The notes under the pieces were generated by a model. That model saw nothing but the letters and a program-made list of their open reading frames with translations. It ran no database searches and was not told the origin of the DNA. Shown piece by piece: positions 1-13,473 of a stretch of 64,000 bases of DNA; position 1 is the first letter of the stretch; every line of letters begins with the position of its first letter. The position numbers were made by a program, and so were the translations under genes. Source of the DNA: the human T2T-CHM13v2.0 reference genome, Homo sapiens; the NCBI RefSeq assembly GCF_009914755.1, contig NC_060941.1. The stretch is one strand, 5' to 3'.

Positions 1-173
<173 letters not shown>

Positions 174-462
174 TCAGCCTTAATTTAGTGATGTTATTAA
201 GAATAACAAATGCCAGTGTGATGATCAGTCCTGGACTCTCAGGTTTGCCTGTTCTGACTAGAGTTATGGTGAAACTTTAGTTATCTTCCAGTTTTTAATA
301 CGGTCCTTGCTGCAATGACTTTATTCTAGAGAACTAGCATTACTAAAACATTTTAGTGCTTAGTGGTTTTTAATACTTATTTCACAAGAATAATTAAATA
401 AGTCTTTTCCTCGTTGAGTGTGTAGTATGATGCAGGTTAGGTATCTGTGACACCTATAAGTA

Positions 463-1491
463 AGGCTGACCCATGAACAACACTAGCTTGAACTGTGTGG
501 GTCCATTTATATGGAGACTTAAAAAAAATAAATACATTGGAAAATTATTTGGAGAGTTGCAACAGTTTGAAAAAAATTCAGATGAACTGGGTAGTCTAGA
601 AATATGAAAACAATTGAGAAAAAGTTACATATGTCATGAATGCATAAAATACATGTAGATACTAATAATCAGTTTTATCATTTACTACCATAAAATATAC
701 ACAAATCTATTATAAAAAGTTAAAATTTGTCTAAACTTATGCACACACAGACTGTACATGGTGCTATTCATAGTTGAGAGAAATGTAAACAAATATAAAG
801 ATGCAGTATTATAACTGCATACAATTAACTGTAGTACATACAGTACTCCTGTAACAATTCTATAGCCACTTCCTGATGTTGTTGCAGTGCGCTCAAGCAT
901 TGGGGGTAGCTGCTTGGAAGGTACTGTGATGCTAATCATCTCTGTGGGAGCAGTTCCTCTCTCCAGTACACCTCAGATCGCAGTAAAAAGTGACCTCTTG
1001 AGATTCTTGAGTATGTTTTGTTGTGTTTAGTGCAGTACCACAAACCTTGAATAACACTATGGGACCCATACAAAGTGCCACTAGTGATGCTGGCAGTGCT
1101 CCCTAGAAGCCAATAAAACCCCTGACAGCATTGAATTGCTTGCTAGATTGAGGAATGGTTGCCTGTCGCTTCAGACAGATGATTCATTTTGCAAACAGAC
1201 CATGTAAACTTATGGTATTGATAAATACAGTATGGTACTGCAAATGTATTTCCTCTTCCTTATGGTTTTCTGAATAACATTTTCTTTTTTCTATCTCATT
1301 TTATCTTAAGAATACAGTATATAATACATATAACACAAAGTGTGTGTTAACTGTTTATGTTTTCAGTCAGGCTTCCGGTCAACAATAGGCTATTAGTAGT
1401 TAAGTTTCTGGGGAGCCAAAAGTTATACACAGAGTTTTGACTGCATGAAAGGTTGGCACCCCTAACCTCCAAGTTGTTCAGGGGTCAACTA
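463..1491. mobile_element. Tigger2-family DNA transposon (Tigger2b-like, non-autonomous)
   Basis: Terminal inverted repeats aggctgacccatgaacaac and gttgttcaggggtcaacta, flanked by TA; about 1.03 kb. Confidence 0.85.
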
Positions 1492-2998
1492 TATTAAAAG
1501 TCTATGATATACTCTTGGCTTTCCAGAAACTTAATTTGAAGAAGTTAATTTAAAAACCATAGTTTTCTATATATTAATTTGACAGTTCAGCCTTTATTAG
1601 GTCAAAGTTTCAAAAGAGCTCAGCTGTTAGATGTTTAGTAATGAATGCCATCAGCCTTTATGTCATCAGGATTCAGGATGTTTAGGTGTGTGTTTGCTCA
1701 GGGCTCAGAAATAGTCTTGGTGGTGGGTTTACAGCTGCCCATCTTGTTAGGTGTGGAACCTGCCTTAGCGCTGGGGCTGCTGCCAGTCTATGGGAACATT
1801 CCCTCCCGTGCCCTTCCTACACTGTAGAGGCCTACAGGTTGATGACCACTTCTGGGACCCTTCATTACACCTCTCACTGAAAGCATGTAGAGTTGTGTAA
1901 GTGACAGCAGCCAGCCTTGACTCATCAAATAGTCTTTCAGTTTGTAAAAAAAAAAAAAAAAAAGTCCAGGATTTTATTTTACACTGTAACATCTGAGGTG
2001 GGTTTCAATTCTAGAGCACAATGGAGACTGATGTCTGGGTTTCACCCCTAGAATTGTTTTTACATTGTCTGTGATATAGTACAGATGAAAATAAAAGAGA
2101 ATTATTTACACCTTACATTTGCTGTTACAAGTATTCTGTATTATGTCTATATCATGTCAAGTAACATAGGTATGTTCTTATTTCATTTATTCTTGTTTCT
2201 CCATGTACACAAATGAGTACATCATTTCCACTTACGGCAAAAGTGATATGTCATTGTATCAGATCCATCTCTCAGTATTATCTGTATCTTCTGATTTCTT
2301 AATCAAATTTATGCTGTCAAAATATGTTAATGATGTTTTTTAAAGTGTTTATTGAGAAATTCACAAAGAACTTGTATTTTGTCAAAAGGCCATTGTTTTT
2401 GTTGCCAACATTATCAGTGCAGATGTACTAAATTGCAAGTTACAGAAAACCCAGCTCAAGGTGACTTATAGGAAGGGTATTTACTGGCTTGCCTAACTGA
2501 AAGGCCAGCTATAGGCCAAACTTCAGGGTTGATTTGATTTAGCAACTTAACAATGCTATTGAGAGTTTAGTTTCCTTCTTCCTTCTCTGCCATCTGCATT
2601 CCCACCTTCCTCTTGAAAGGGCAGGGTGGTTGCCAGCCATTCCCACACCTACACATTTTCTCACTCTGGTCCCGTGGTGTTTAATAGCTTGCCCAGAAAA
2701 CCTTCCCTTTGTCACATTGATCTTAATTGAGTTGTGTGCCCATGCGTGAACCAGCAACTGGCTGGGGATGGGGTCATCCTGAGTAGCTCAGGCTTGGAGT
2801 CAGCCTCACCCAAAGTATAGGGCTGTGGGGAGGAAGCACAGAAACCACAGTCAGAACTGGGTAATTAGCTAGAGGAGGAGGAAATGGATGAAGAGCGACA
2901 GCCACTGTCCACTGTGCCATGTGATTTACAGTCATTTGGGTTTTGTTTATAAGAATGCTTGCTTTATTTTTTCATTTTTTTCTTCTTCTGTCTTTAAG

Positions 2999-4578
2999 GG
3001 GCCTTTACAACAACTAAACGGACAGGCATTCCAGCCCCACGGGAATTTTCAGTAACTGTCTCAAGAGAGAGGTCTGTGCCACGTGGTCCCTCCAACCCCA
3101 GGAAATCAGTGTCCAGTCCAACTTCTTCCAACACTCCCACTCCTACGAAACACCTGAGGACCCCTTCCACAAAGCCCAAGCAAGAGAATGAAGGTGGAGA
3201 AAAGGCTGCGCTTGAGTCCCAAGTTCGGGAACTTTTGGCAGAAGCCAAAGCAAAAGATAGTGAAATTAACAGGCTTCGAAGTGAACTAAAGAAATACAAA
3301 GAGAAAAGGACTCTGAACGCTGAGGGGACTGATGCTTTGGGCCCAAATGTCGATGGAACATCAGTCTCCCCAGGTGACACGGAACCTATGATAAGAGCTC
3401 TTGAGGAGAAGAACAAGAACTTTCAGAAAGAGCTTTCCGATCTAGAGGAAGAAAACCGGGTCCTGAAGGAGAAACTGATCTATCTTGAGCACTCCCCAAA
3501 TTCAGAAGGGGCAGCAAGTCACACTGGCGACAGCAGCTGCCCAACATCCATAACTCAAGAGTCAAGCTTCGGAAGCCCAACTGGAAATCAGATGTCCAGT
3601 GACATTGATGAGTATAAAAAAAACATACATGGAAATGCATTACGGACATCAGGCTCCTCAAGTAGCGATGTTACCAAAGCTTCTTTGTCGCCAGATGCTT
3701 CCGACTTTGAGCACATTACAGCAGAGACACCCTCAAGGCCCCTGTCCTCCACCAGTAACCCCTTTAAGAGTTCAAAGTGTTCTACTGCTGGGAGTTCCCC
3801 AAACAGCGTAAGTGAATTGTCCCTGGCTTCCCTCACAGAGAAGATACAAAAGATGGAAGAAAACCACCATAGCACTGCAGAAGAACTACAGGCTACTCTA
3901 CAAGAATTATCAGACCAGCAACAAATGGTACAGGAATTGACAGCTGAAAATGAGAAGCTGGTGGATGAAAAGACGATTTTAGAGACATCCTTTCATCAGC
4001 ATCGAGAGAGGGCAGAGCAGCTAAGTCAAGAAAATGAGAAGCTGATGAATCTTTTACAAGAGCGAGTAAAGAATGAAGAGCCCACCACTCAGGAAGGAAA
4101 AATTATTGAACTGGAGCAGAAGTGCACAGGTATTCTTGAACAGGGCCGCTTTGAAAGAGAGAAGCTACTCAACATTCAGCAGCAGTTGACCTGTAGCTTG
4201 CGGAAGGTTGAGGAAGAAAACCAAGGAGCTTTAGAAATGATTAAACGTCTGAAGGAAGAAAATGAAAAACTGAATGAGTTTCTAGAACTGGAACGGCATA
4301 ATAATAACATGATGGCCAAAACTTTGGAAGAGTGTAGAGTTACCTTGGAAGGGCTAAAAATGGAGAATGGATCTTTGAAGTCTCATTTGCAGGGTGAGAA
4401 GCAGAAAGCCACAGAGGCCAGTGCTGTGGAGCAGACGGCAGAGAGCTGCGAAGTTCAAGAAATGTTGAAAGTAGCCCGAGCAGAGAAAGATCTACTGGAA
4501 CTGTCTTGCAATGAGCTCAGACAAGAATTACTAAAGGCAAACGGTGAAATTAAACATGTTTCCAGTCTGCTGGCCAAG
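2999..4578 (+). CDS. SPECC1: SPECC1 (cytospin-B) large 1580-nt coding exon: Ser/Pro-rich region and coiled-coil
   Basis: Polypyrimidine tract plus AG at 2997-2998; donor AAG|GTGAGA at 4578/4579. Frame reads (G)[18 protein letters not shown]...HVSSLLAK, which I recognise as cytospin-B. It overlaps ORF 3076..4638 and joins the next exon in phase 0. Confidence 0.97.
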
Positions 4579-7479
4579 GTGAGAAGAGACAGCTCTTTAC
4601 TGGTATTTGCTCATCCTTGTTCACATTTCTGCCCTTAACCTCTAAATTCACAGAGCACAGAGAAGCATTTGCTTAGTCTGTTTCATTCACGAAGCCAGCA
4701 TTCCAGCTTGAAGGCCTGTTAGATTGCACACAGGTTGGGATTGGGGGATACAAAAAGGAAACACCCAAATTTCTGATTATGGGCGGTTCAAAATGTGGGG
4801 ATGTAGAGTCAAATCAGAGTATGATGCAGTGATAAAAGAATATCATACAGCCTATGCCCAGGCTCTAGTCTAGTGCAAAGGAGGGGCATCTGGTGTAACG
4901 TGGGGGTTGGGCGTAGCACAGAAGGACTTCCTGGAAGAAATAGCAACTGAGCTGAGTTCTGAAGATTGAGTGGGAGTTTGCCAGTCTGTCAGCATGCTTT
5001 TAGCTGCCAGTAACAGAAAATGAAATCACTCCCAATTTTCAACTAAAATATTACCACTATTTTGGTGTTTTCTTCCAGATATATGTGTGTGTATGTGTAT
5101 CATACAAGTTACACAAATTTATAATCATCCTGTACATGTTATTAACTTTTTTTGCATTTGACATTTTAGAAATATTAAAACTTTTCTCAGCATATTCCTA
5201 TCATTAAATATTCATTTAAACATTATTTTAAAGGCCAGATACTATTTTAATATAAATATTTCATATTTACCCTGTTGTTGAACATACATGTATTGTCAAA
5301 CATTTGTGGTCTTTCCAGTCTTTCAATATTATAAATACTTTTTTATATCTATCTTACTGTTTATTTAGGAAAAATTCCTAGACGATGACTTACCGAGTCA
5401 AAGAGTATAAACATTTTAAAGACTTTCAACACATTCAGCCAGATTGCCCTTCAGAAATATTATGCCAGTTTATTCATCCTAGCGGTCATGAGATCATGAG
5501 CTTTCCTGAGCCTTTGCCAGCACTTGGTATTACATTGTTATATCATTTAAATCTGTTAATCATTTCATTTTTTTAACCTTTTTTGCTTGGGAAGATCTTC
5601 CATAGCCCAAGAGCAAATAACTTTTCTCAACACTTTAATCAGCCTGTAATTTTGTTTTTGATGCAAGAATTGTGGTGATTTTATGATATTCTGCCCACCT
5701 CCCAGAGCAGTGCTGGAGAGGTGCAGAGAGATGGCCTCCTATTTCTTGTTCCCTCCAAGTTCTGGGTCTGATTTAGGGATCTACTGGCAAGAGAGATTCA
5801 AAACATCTTCCTACCTTAGTTTAGGGGTTGTCATTGTTTCAAGGAGCAAATTATGCCATGAGCTCTCAGGGAGATTTTTCTCCACTGCTTCGTCTGTCTT
5901 AAGATGAGTCTGTTGCAGCCTGATTCTGCAATTTGGCCATCTGATGAGCTTAGTGGTGGGTCATGTTAAGGAGTTTCTCTCTTTGTCTGTATTCTAAATT
6001 TGTAGGTATTTTATTGAAAGTACGGAAGTAATTCCATTAGAGGTTACTAGTCAGGCTTGGCATTGGGTTTTAATATCTTGTGGAGTAAGATTATTCTTTT
6101 TTTACTTTAAGATTACTCACTACTCTCTGGCAAAATGTTTTATCTCCCATGTGCACCTTCTTGAAGTTCTTTATCAGTCCCTCTGTGTTTTTGGTAGTTT
6201 GGCATTACATTAAATGTGCATATCAGTGAGAAATAATTTGACATCTTAAAAATAGCTTATTTTTTTCTGATCATAAAATATTTTTATTACAGACGATTTA
6301 AAAAGTACAGAAAAGTATAAAAAAGAAAAGTATTACCTTTAATTTCACCACTTGGAGAAAAACTGCTAACCTTTTGCTGTATGTCCTTTCAGGCCTTTTC
6401 TCAGTTTATACATGTTTGAGCATGCATAAAAACTTGCATTGATATGATTATGATATTTTGTCTTCCTATCCAGAAGAGTAGAGTATGTCTGTCCACATTC
6501 CATTACAAAGAATCAGTTGGATTAGTTTATCTATTCCACTATTAATCTGTTTCTGATTAACTTGTTTCTACTTTTATCTTTATTAATTTTTTTGTCTTAT
6601 TTTTTGTACATTTTGGTTTCTTGACTAAAATTCTTTGTTCATTTAACTTTTTTTTATCCTTGGTTGATAATGAAAGCATTTAAAGTTATAGCTTTGGTAA
6701 ATAGAGGCAATAAAATCTGGAATCTTCTGGAATAAACTAAATGTAATTTAAAGGAAAGTGTGCATTTTCTGTAGAGTGCAAGGCACAACATATATGTTTA
6801 AAATCAAACTGTTATTATTCATGTATCCTACATCTTACTGCATGCTAACTAGAAGTATCAAATACTGATAGTAAGAAGGGAAAGGTCCTAGCTAGTATTT
6901 TTAGGTGAGAGTTTGAGGTAAAGATGGGGGCATGCTATCACATAGGGTTTCTTGTATATCTATCAAGACCCTAGGTTTGTGATTTTGTGCTGTCTTATGT
7001 GCACAGAGACTGATTTGTAATTGCAGTGGACTTGTAACATACTAATCTTCCTACCCTTTTACATTACTGTAGAAAAAGCAAAACATAGACCTCCTAAATG
7101 GACTAATACTGATTGTATCTCTACCACAGACTATCAAGTAATCTGCCAACAACCATGAATTTAAATGATAATACTTAAGAGACTCATGTCCAAAGGATAA
7201 CAGGAGAAGTTTTAGCACAAAACTATGATGAAGGGTCTAACATGCTGGACTGGGTCCTCTTGACTTACCCAGTGAGCAATGATGTGACCTTGGGCAGGCC
7301 CCTTTACATTGTGCAATGTCGAATAGAAGCGTGACGGTGGATGGATCCTGGTCTCGTATCTAATTCCAAGGGAAGCATTTAACATTTAATTATGATGTAT
7401 GTTTTTTGTAGGCATTTGGTACATACCTTTTATTATGTTATGCAAGTATTTGCTAAGAGGTGTTTTGTTTGGTGGTTTA

Positions 7480-7632
7480 TTTTTAGAGACAGGTTCTCGT
7501 TTTGTCACTTAGGCTGGAGTGTAGTGGCGATTATAGCTCACTGCAGCCTTGAACTCCTGGGCTCAAGCAATCCTCCCACCTCAGCCTTTCTGGGTAGCTG
7601 GGACTGCAGCCAGGCACCACCATGCCTGACTA
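7480..7632 (-). mobile_element. Alu monomer (AluJ right arm/FRAM-like)
   Basis: gagacagg...aggctggagtgtagtggcgattatagctcactgcagccttgaactcctgggctcaag. Confidence 0.85.
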
Positions 7633-10600
7633 CTTGGCTTGTTTTTAAAGGATGAGGATTGAATTTTTTCTACAGCTAATGACGTGATCTGATAGTTTTT
7701 ATGTAATCAAGTTTTTTTCTCCTCTAACTTGTTAGTGAGGCAAGTTATAACAACAGATTTTCTAAGGTGCTCTAGTGTAAAATCATGCTTGCATTCCTGG
7801 GGTAAATCCTAATTCTTCAGTTTTCAGTGGTTTCACTTGACTTTTTGCTGAGAACTTCCAAATATAGCTGCCTTCAGCAGGTATCGGAGTAACTGTCCTG
7901 TTGAGCACCAAGCAACAACGTGTACCCCATGAGCAGTGCATTCATCCACTCTAATGCTTGGCGAAAGGTGAATATTATTAAAAAGGATACAATAAGCTAT
8001 TTACAAAAGGGGAAAGTGGTGCCAAACCATCCTATGATCTAATAGATTCCGTAAATCTATGTAAGTTTCAAGTTAAGATTACTCAAGCAACCCAGATACC
8101 GTCAAAAGAACCTATAAAAAGCCTTGAAAAGTACTTTTTTAAAAATAGGAGGTAGGTGTCTTCCTCAAACAATAAATGGAAAATTGGTAGGATTTCTACA
8201 CTATCTTGTAGGCTTTTTTTCTTCTCATTTCTTTTTCTTCATTGGTTTGCTGATTTCTTTATTTTTTTCAACTTCTCTGATATACCCCATATGCATCTTG
8301 ATGGCCGCTTAATCTGTAGTCACATGACATACTTCTGTACAACTTTGAGGACGGGTCTGATTTCCACAGAACCCAAAGCCACCACTCCTATCCTTGCCCT
8401 AGCTAGCAAGCAGCATGGAGTTGTATGGGATTGTTGTTTTTCCAGACAATAACATGACCCAGCTTTAATTTACTTTTTTACCTTTTCAGTTGTTTGGGAT
8501 CTTGGTTTCAAGTTAGAATATCTTTTCTGGGCTTGAAACCTAGAAGTTTTAAAAGAAAATTATCTATTTATTCCCGTGAGGTTGAAGCTTATAGGTGGTA
8601 TCCTTAGAATCTTAGTTCTTTCTGCAGAAACTTCAGTCCGCTTCCAGAAGAGTAAGGAGATTATAAATAACCCCTTGGCATGAATGGTTTGCGGGAGTCA
8701 GCAGAGGTGAAATGACTAGTGTTCTGCTTGTGTGGGTCCTAGAGCCAAACTGATTTAGAGTGGCCAGTGGTCAGAGATGGCAGAACCAGAATTTGAGGGA
8801 AATATGTGGCAAATAGATGATCCTGTAGCTGTGACATTGGAATAGGATGCCTTAAAGGACTTAAGAGATCTGGAAACCTGGTTTAAACAGTCAGGTGGGT
8901 TGGAAGTGTATCCAGGTGATGTATTGATATATGAGAAACTGCCCTCCTGTCAGCGGCTTGAGCCAGGGGACACTCCCTCCACCCCGGCCCCAAGGGTGGG
9001 AGATTGGCTGTGGCTGCCCATGATGCAGGCCCAGGCTGTGGCTGGCAGTGCTGTGGTTCTGGACCTCCTGCCAGGGGTACAGGACAGCTCAGCATTGCCA
9101 AGCATCTTGGTCCACCTGTTGGCGACTTGGGGCAGGCATGTCACCTGGACATCTGGGTCCTATGGGGAGAGGGTTTCCCAGAGCTTTACCTTTACATCTG
9201 ATTGGTGAGAACTGCGTCACACAGTGCCCCCAGGCCACCTCTCTTGAAATCACAGTTGCAGCCTGATTCTTGAACAAAATTGGGATTCTGTTAGGAAGAA
9301 ACAAGGTGGGGGTGGCTTTTGGTGGGGGATGGGCACTTGCCCCACCAGGCCTCCACTCCCTCACCTTTTCCCACAAAGTACTCACAGTGATCTGATCATG
9401 TAGCGCCTTCCGGTGCTGCCTGGGGCACCACATGGCTTCGCCCAGTGCCCAGCTCCCACCACACCTCCACTTGCAGTCCCACCCCACATCCAGCCATATT
9501 CCCACCCCTCCCTCCATGCCAGGCCTGGCCGGGCCAGTGACTGTCTGGCAGTCATGTTTGCTCAGGGGGTTTTCTCGGCCTGAAGAGACCCCACCCCATT
9601 GACCATTACCTGGTCCCTCCTGAAGCTTTCCGCCTCAGTTATGGGGTCTTCAGCGAGGCATTCAGCTCTGCGGGGCCCTGTCCCATGGAACTTCAGACTC
9701 ATCTCAGTAAATGACATTATTGTCACTCAGCCAAGGTCACTCATGGGAATGGCCTGACCCACCCTGGCCCTCAGAGGATTCAGATGTGCAGGCAAAACTC
9801 TTTGGGGCCCTGCAGGGAAGCTGAGGGAACCTGCTGCCTGAGTAGCCACTGGCTGCTGCTGGAGAGGTGGGAAGGTTACTGAGCTGAAAACATGGAGATT
9901 TCAGTCATCTTCAGCTCACACATAAGGCATCCCACTGGCACCAAATATCAACTCTGGTGAGCAGAGGCCTGTGGCTTCATGCTGGGAAGGAGGCCTGTCA
10001 GCAGCTCCTGTCAACAGGGCCTGTTTTCCAGCTCCCCTGGGCAAGCCATGAGGATGTGGAAGTCGAGGAGGCCTGTGGAGGCTGTTGGGGAGAGCCCCAC
10101 AGCTGTTGCACCAGTAAGCCTCTGCTCAAGGGGCTGTGGCCTGGGGAAAATTGCCACAGGCCTCAGCCTGGCTGTGCAGAGCCAGTTTAGCATTAGGAGC
10201 GGAATCTTCTAGAGATTAAACTACAAAGCCAGAATGCCTGTGCAGCCTTTTATTTTGTGGGATGTGATAGGCATGTGGCCCGGAACTCATGGCATGTCTG
10301 CCAGGTCCTCTCCCGACACCCCCAGGTCTCTGTTCTTGAAGCCCCTTGAAAAGGGGCAGAAGTTTGGTGGAGACAGTCAGATAGTTTGAGGAAGGGTGGT
10401 CTTGCCAGTTGGGCAGATCCACAGAACCTGTGGCTCCGACCCCTTGCTCTTACCTGTGACTCCACAGGGGGCTGCTTCCCAATCCTGCCTGACCCTGCTT
10501 CCCTGCGATGGACTTGTTTTCTCCTGGACACGTTAATGCCTTTTGTGAGGTGAGGCCTAAGCAGTCTCTTCCTTTCACATGACCTCAGGACTCATCTGCG

Positions 10601-11001
10601 AACCTGGTGTTGCCCAGCACTTCTCTCTCCAGTCCGAGTTCTTGGGAAGTACCTGCGTGGGGCCTTGTTGCTTCGAAAGGTCCCTACCAGGGTACAGCCA
10701 CTGCTTCTGAAGCTTGCCTCTGAGTTCCTAAAGGTGAAATACAGATGTTTACCCTCATCTTTGAGTTTTCTAACAGCCTTTCTCCACTATACCTGAAGTG
10801 TAAATAAACTAACATTTCCTCCTCTCCCTTGGTGGAGCAGCATTGGCCAAAATAATAATAATTCAACTTTAGGCCAATAAGAATGAACTATGGATGATTA
10901 TCAGCAGTGTCTATTCACAACAGGGCTAAGAACCGAGCAGAGGGAGTTTTGCAGTACCCAAGCTAGATGCCAGAACAGAAACACCCCACTTTCTTACTCA
11001 T

Positions 11002-11337
11002 TGAATTAGCCCGTTTTCATGCTGCTGATAAAGACATACCTGAGACTGGAAAGAAAAAAAGGATTAATGAACTTAACAGTTCCACTTGGCTGGGGATGCC
11101 TCACAATCATGGTGGAAGGTGAAAGGCACATCTCACATGGTGGCAGACAAAATAAGAGAGCTTGTGCAGGGAAACTCCCCCTTATATAATCATCAGATCT
11201 CGTGAGACTTATACTGTCAGGAGAACAGCACAGGAAAGACCTGCCTCCCTGATTCAATTACCTCCCACTGGGGTCCCTCCCACAACATGTGGGAATACAA
11301 GATGAGATTTAGGTGGGGAGGCAGCCAGTCTGTATCA
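11002..11337 (-). mobile_element. THE1 solo LTR (ERVL-MaLR)
   Basis: Typical THE1 sequence (gctgctgataaagacatacctgagactgg...gatgagatttaggtgggg), TG...CA ends, and a perfect 5-bp TSD ctcat at 10997-11001 and 11338-11342. Confidence 0.92.
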
Positions 11338-11757
11338 CTCATGGTAAATTTACTCAAGCTGTCATTCCAAGTTTATTTCCTTTTAAACTATATGTAATTT
11401 TAGCATTGCAATTCCTTCCATCTATTAGGTGTTCAGTAAATACTTTTCAGACGAATGAATGAATGTCAGAGAAACTTGCAGCAGAATTGAGGGGCTGCTA
11501 TAATTATATTAATATGTTTAAAAAGTAAAGTTTATTATATTTTAATAACAGCAACTAATATTTTGGGCTATTTGTATGTGCTAAGCAGTCTCAGAGCTTT
11601 TCCATCATTTAATCTTATTTATCTTAATTTTATGCTGTTGATTCTGTTGTCTAGTATTTTTTCATTTGAGCAAACAGAATGATTTAAGTTATTAGTCTAA
11701 TGGATTGATGAAATGAAGCCAGCATTCAAAGTTGGGTCTGACCTTAGAGCTCTTATT

Positions 11758-12056
11758 CTTTTTTTTCTTTTCTTTTTTTTTGAGACATGGTCTTGCTCTG
11801 TTGCCCAGGCTGGAGTACAGTGGTGCGATCATAGCTCTCTGCAGTCTCAAATTCCTGGGCTCCAGTGATCCTCCCACCTCAGCTTCCCAAGTAGCTGGAA
11901 TTACAGGTGTGCAACACTATGCCCAATTTTTTATTTTTATTTTCATAGAGACAGGATCTTGCTCTGTTGACAAGGCTGATCTCAAACTTATGATGATCCT
12001 CCCACACCTCAGTGCCTCCCAAAGTGCTGGGATTGCAGGGGTGAGCCAACGTACCC
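11758..12056 (-). mobile_element. AluJ
   Basis: Dimeric Alu with TSD agagctcttatt at 11746 and 12057. Confidence 0.92.
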
Positions 12057-12544
12057 AGAGCTCTTATTATAATCACTGATTTAGACTGCTGCCCAGTTAC
12101 CTGAAAGCAAAGAAGAGACAGAAAAACACTTAAAGCAGACCTAAGACTAATAGTTGTCACTGTCATCTTAAGGCCAAAGCCCTTTGAAGAAAACCACCTT
12201 TGAAAGCCTTGTTGAACTAGGAGAGTTTTACCTGATTGTAATACAATGGAGAAATTCACAGTGAAAACCTGAGTCATCAAGAAATGTTATTTTGTTTGAC
12301 CTCTACCTGAGTCTTGAGGGGAGAGGGGGTGAGTTGACCCCTGAGTGTATGGGGTGGGGACTCTGGGAATGCTGCCAGAAGAGAACAGCAGGTCCTAAGG
12401 CCAGAAAGCCTGGCCACCAAGGAAGTGATGCAGGTAGTTTGTCCTTGTTGGAGTGAACAGGGTGGTCAGTGGAAGTGGCCTGGTGGAGACACCAGCCAAG
12501 CAGTTAGGATTTTATCCTCAAGACAGTGGGAGTCTCTGAAGAAT

Positions 12545-13015
12545 TTTTTTTTTTAAATAGCAGCTTTTATTGAGATATGATCCATTTAAATCACGTAAGT
12601 CTGTGGGTTTTAGTGTATTCACACAATTGTGCAACCATCACTACAATCAATTTTAGAACATTTTTATCACCCCGTAAAAAAATCTTAACCCACAGCAGTC
12701 ACCCTCCAAGACCGCCTCCCTCCCAGCCCCTGGCAACCACAAATCTATGTTTTGGCTCTGTGGACTTGGGTCTTCTGGATGTTTTATACACATGGAACCC
12801 ACGCCCTGCGGCCTCAAGCAGCCCTCCCACTTTAGCCTCCCAGAGTGCTGAAGAGTTCTTTCTATTCTTTGGATACAAATCCTTTACCAGATAAATGATT
12901 TGCAAATATTTCCTCTCATTCTGTGGGTTATCTTTTCATTGTCTTGATAATGCCCTTTATGGCACAAAATTGTTTAATTTTTATTTTTATGAAGTCGAAT
13001 TTAGTTATTTTTCTT
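12545..13015 (-). mobile_element. Old L1 (L1MB-like) 3' fragments
   Basis: gcttttattgagatat...gtattcacacaattgtgcaaccatcactacaatcaattttagaacattttt. Confidence 0.7.
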
Positions 13016-13167
13016 TGGTGGTTTGTGCTTTTGGTCGGAGGAATTTTAAGAGTTATGGAATCACATTTACTGTTGAGAAAGATGACTTGGGCCACAGTTA
13101 GGTGAGAAAGAATGAAGGACAGAACAGGGAGTGAGTTGGGTGGGAAGATGAGGGCTGGAAAGACATT

Positions 13168-13473
13168 CATTTTATTTACTTATTTATTTTTGAGACGGAG
13201 TCTTGCTCTGTTATCCAGGCTGAGTGCAGTGGTGCATCTCTTCACGCACTGCAGCCTCCACCTCCTGGGTTCAAGCGATTCTCCTGCCTCAGCCTCCTGA
13301 GTAGCTGGGATTACAGGCACCTGCCACCACGCCCAGCTAACTTTCCTATTTTTAGTAGAGACGGGGTTTCACCATGTTGGCCAGGCTGGTCTCAAACCCC
13401 TGACCTTAAGTGATCCACCCACCTCAACCTCCCAAAGTGCTGGGATTACAGGCGTGAGCCACTGCACCCGGCC
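13168..13473 (-). mobile_element. AluS
   Basis: Full dimer with TSD tggaaagacatt at 13156-13167 and 13474-13485. Confidence 0.95.

Noticed and set aside
2994-3416. 140-aa antisense ORF (and 30683..31114) as overlapping genes
   Set aside because: Shadow frames of coding exons; no independent promoter or splice evidence.
3076-4638. 520-aa ORF as a stand-alone gene
   Set aside because: It starts at GTG inside the exon and runs 19 codons past a consensus donor; it is an internal SPECC1 exon plus intron read-through.
8883-10531. Cluster of overlapping 60-142 aa ORFs in GC-rich unique sequence
   Set aside because: Expected from GC-rich, stop-poor composition; no recognisable domains or consistent exon structure. 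The region could be regulatory but I cannot support that.
11692-12280. Alu-derived ORFs ([14 protein letters not shown] and similar), here and at many other Alus
   Set aside because: Standard translations of Alu sequence.
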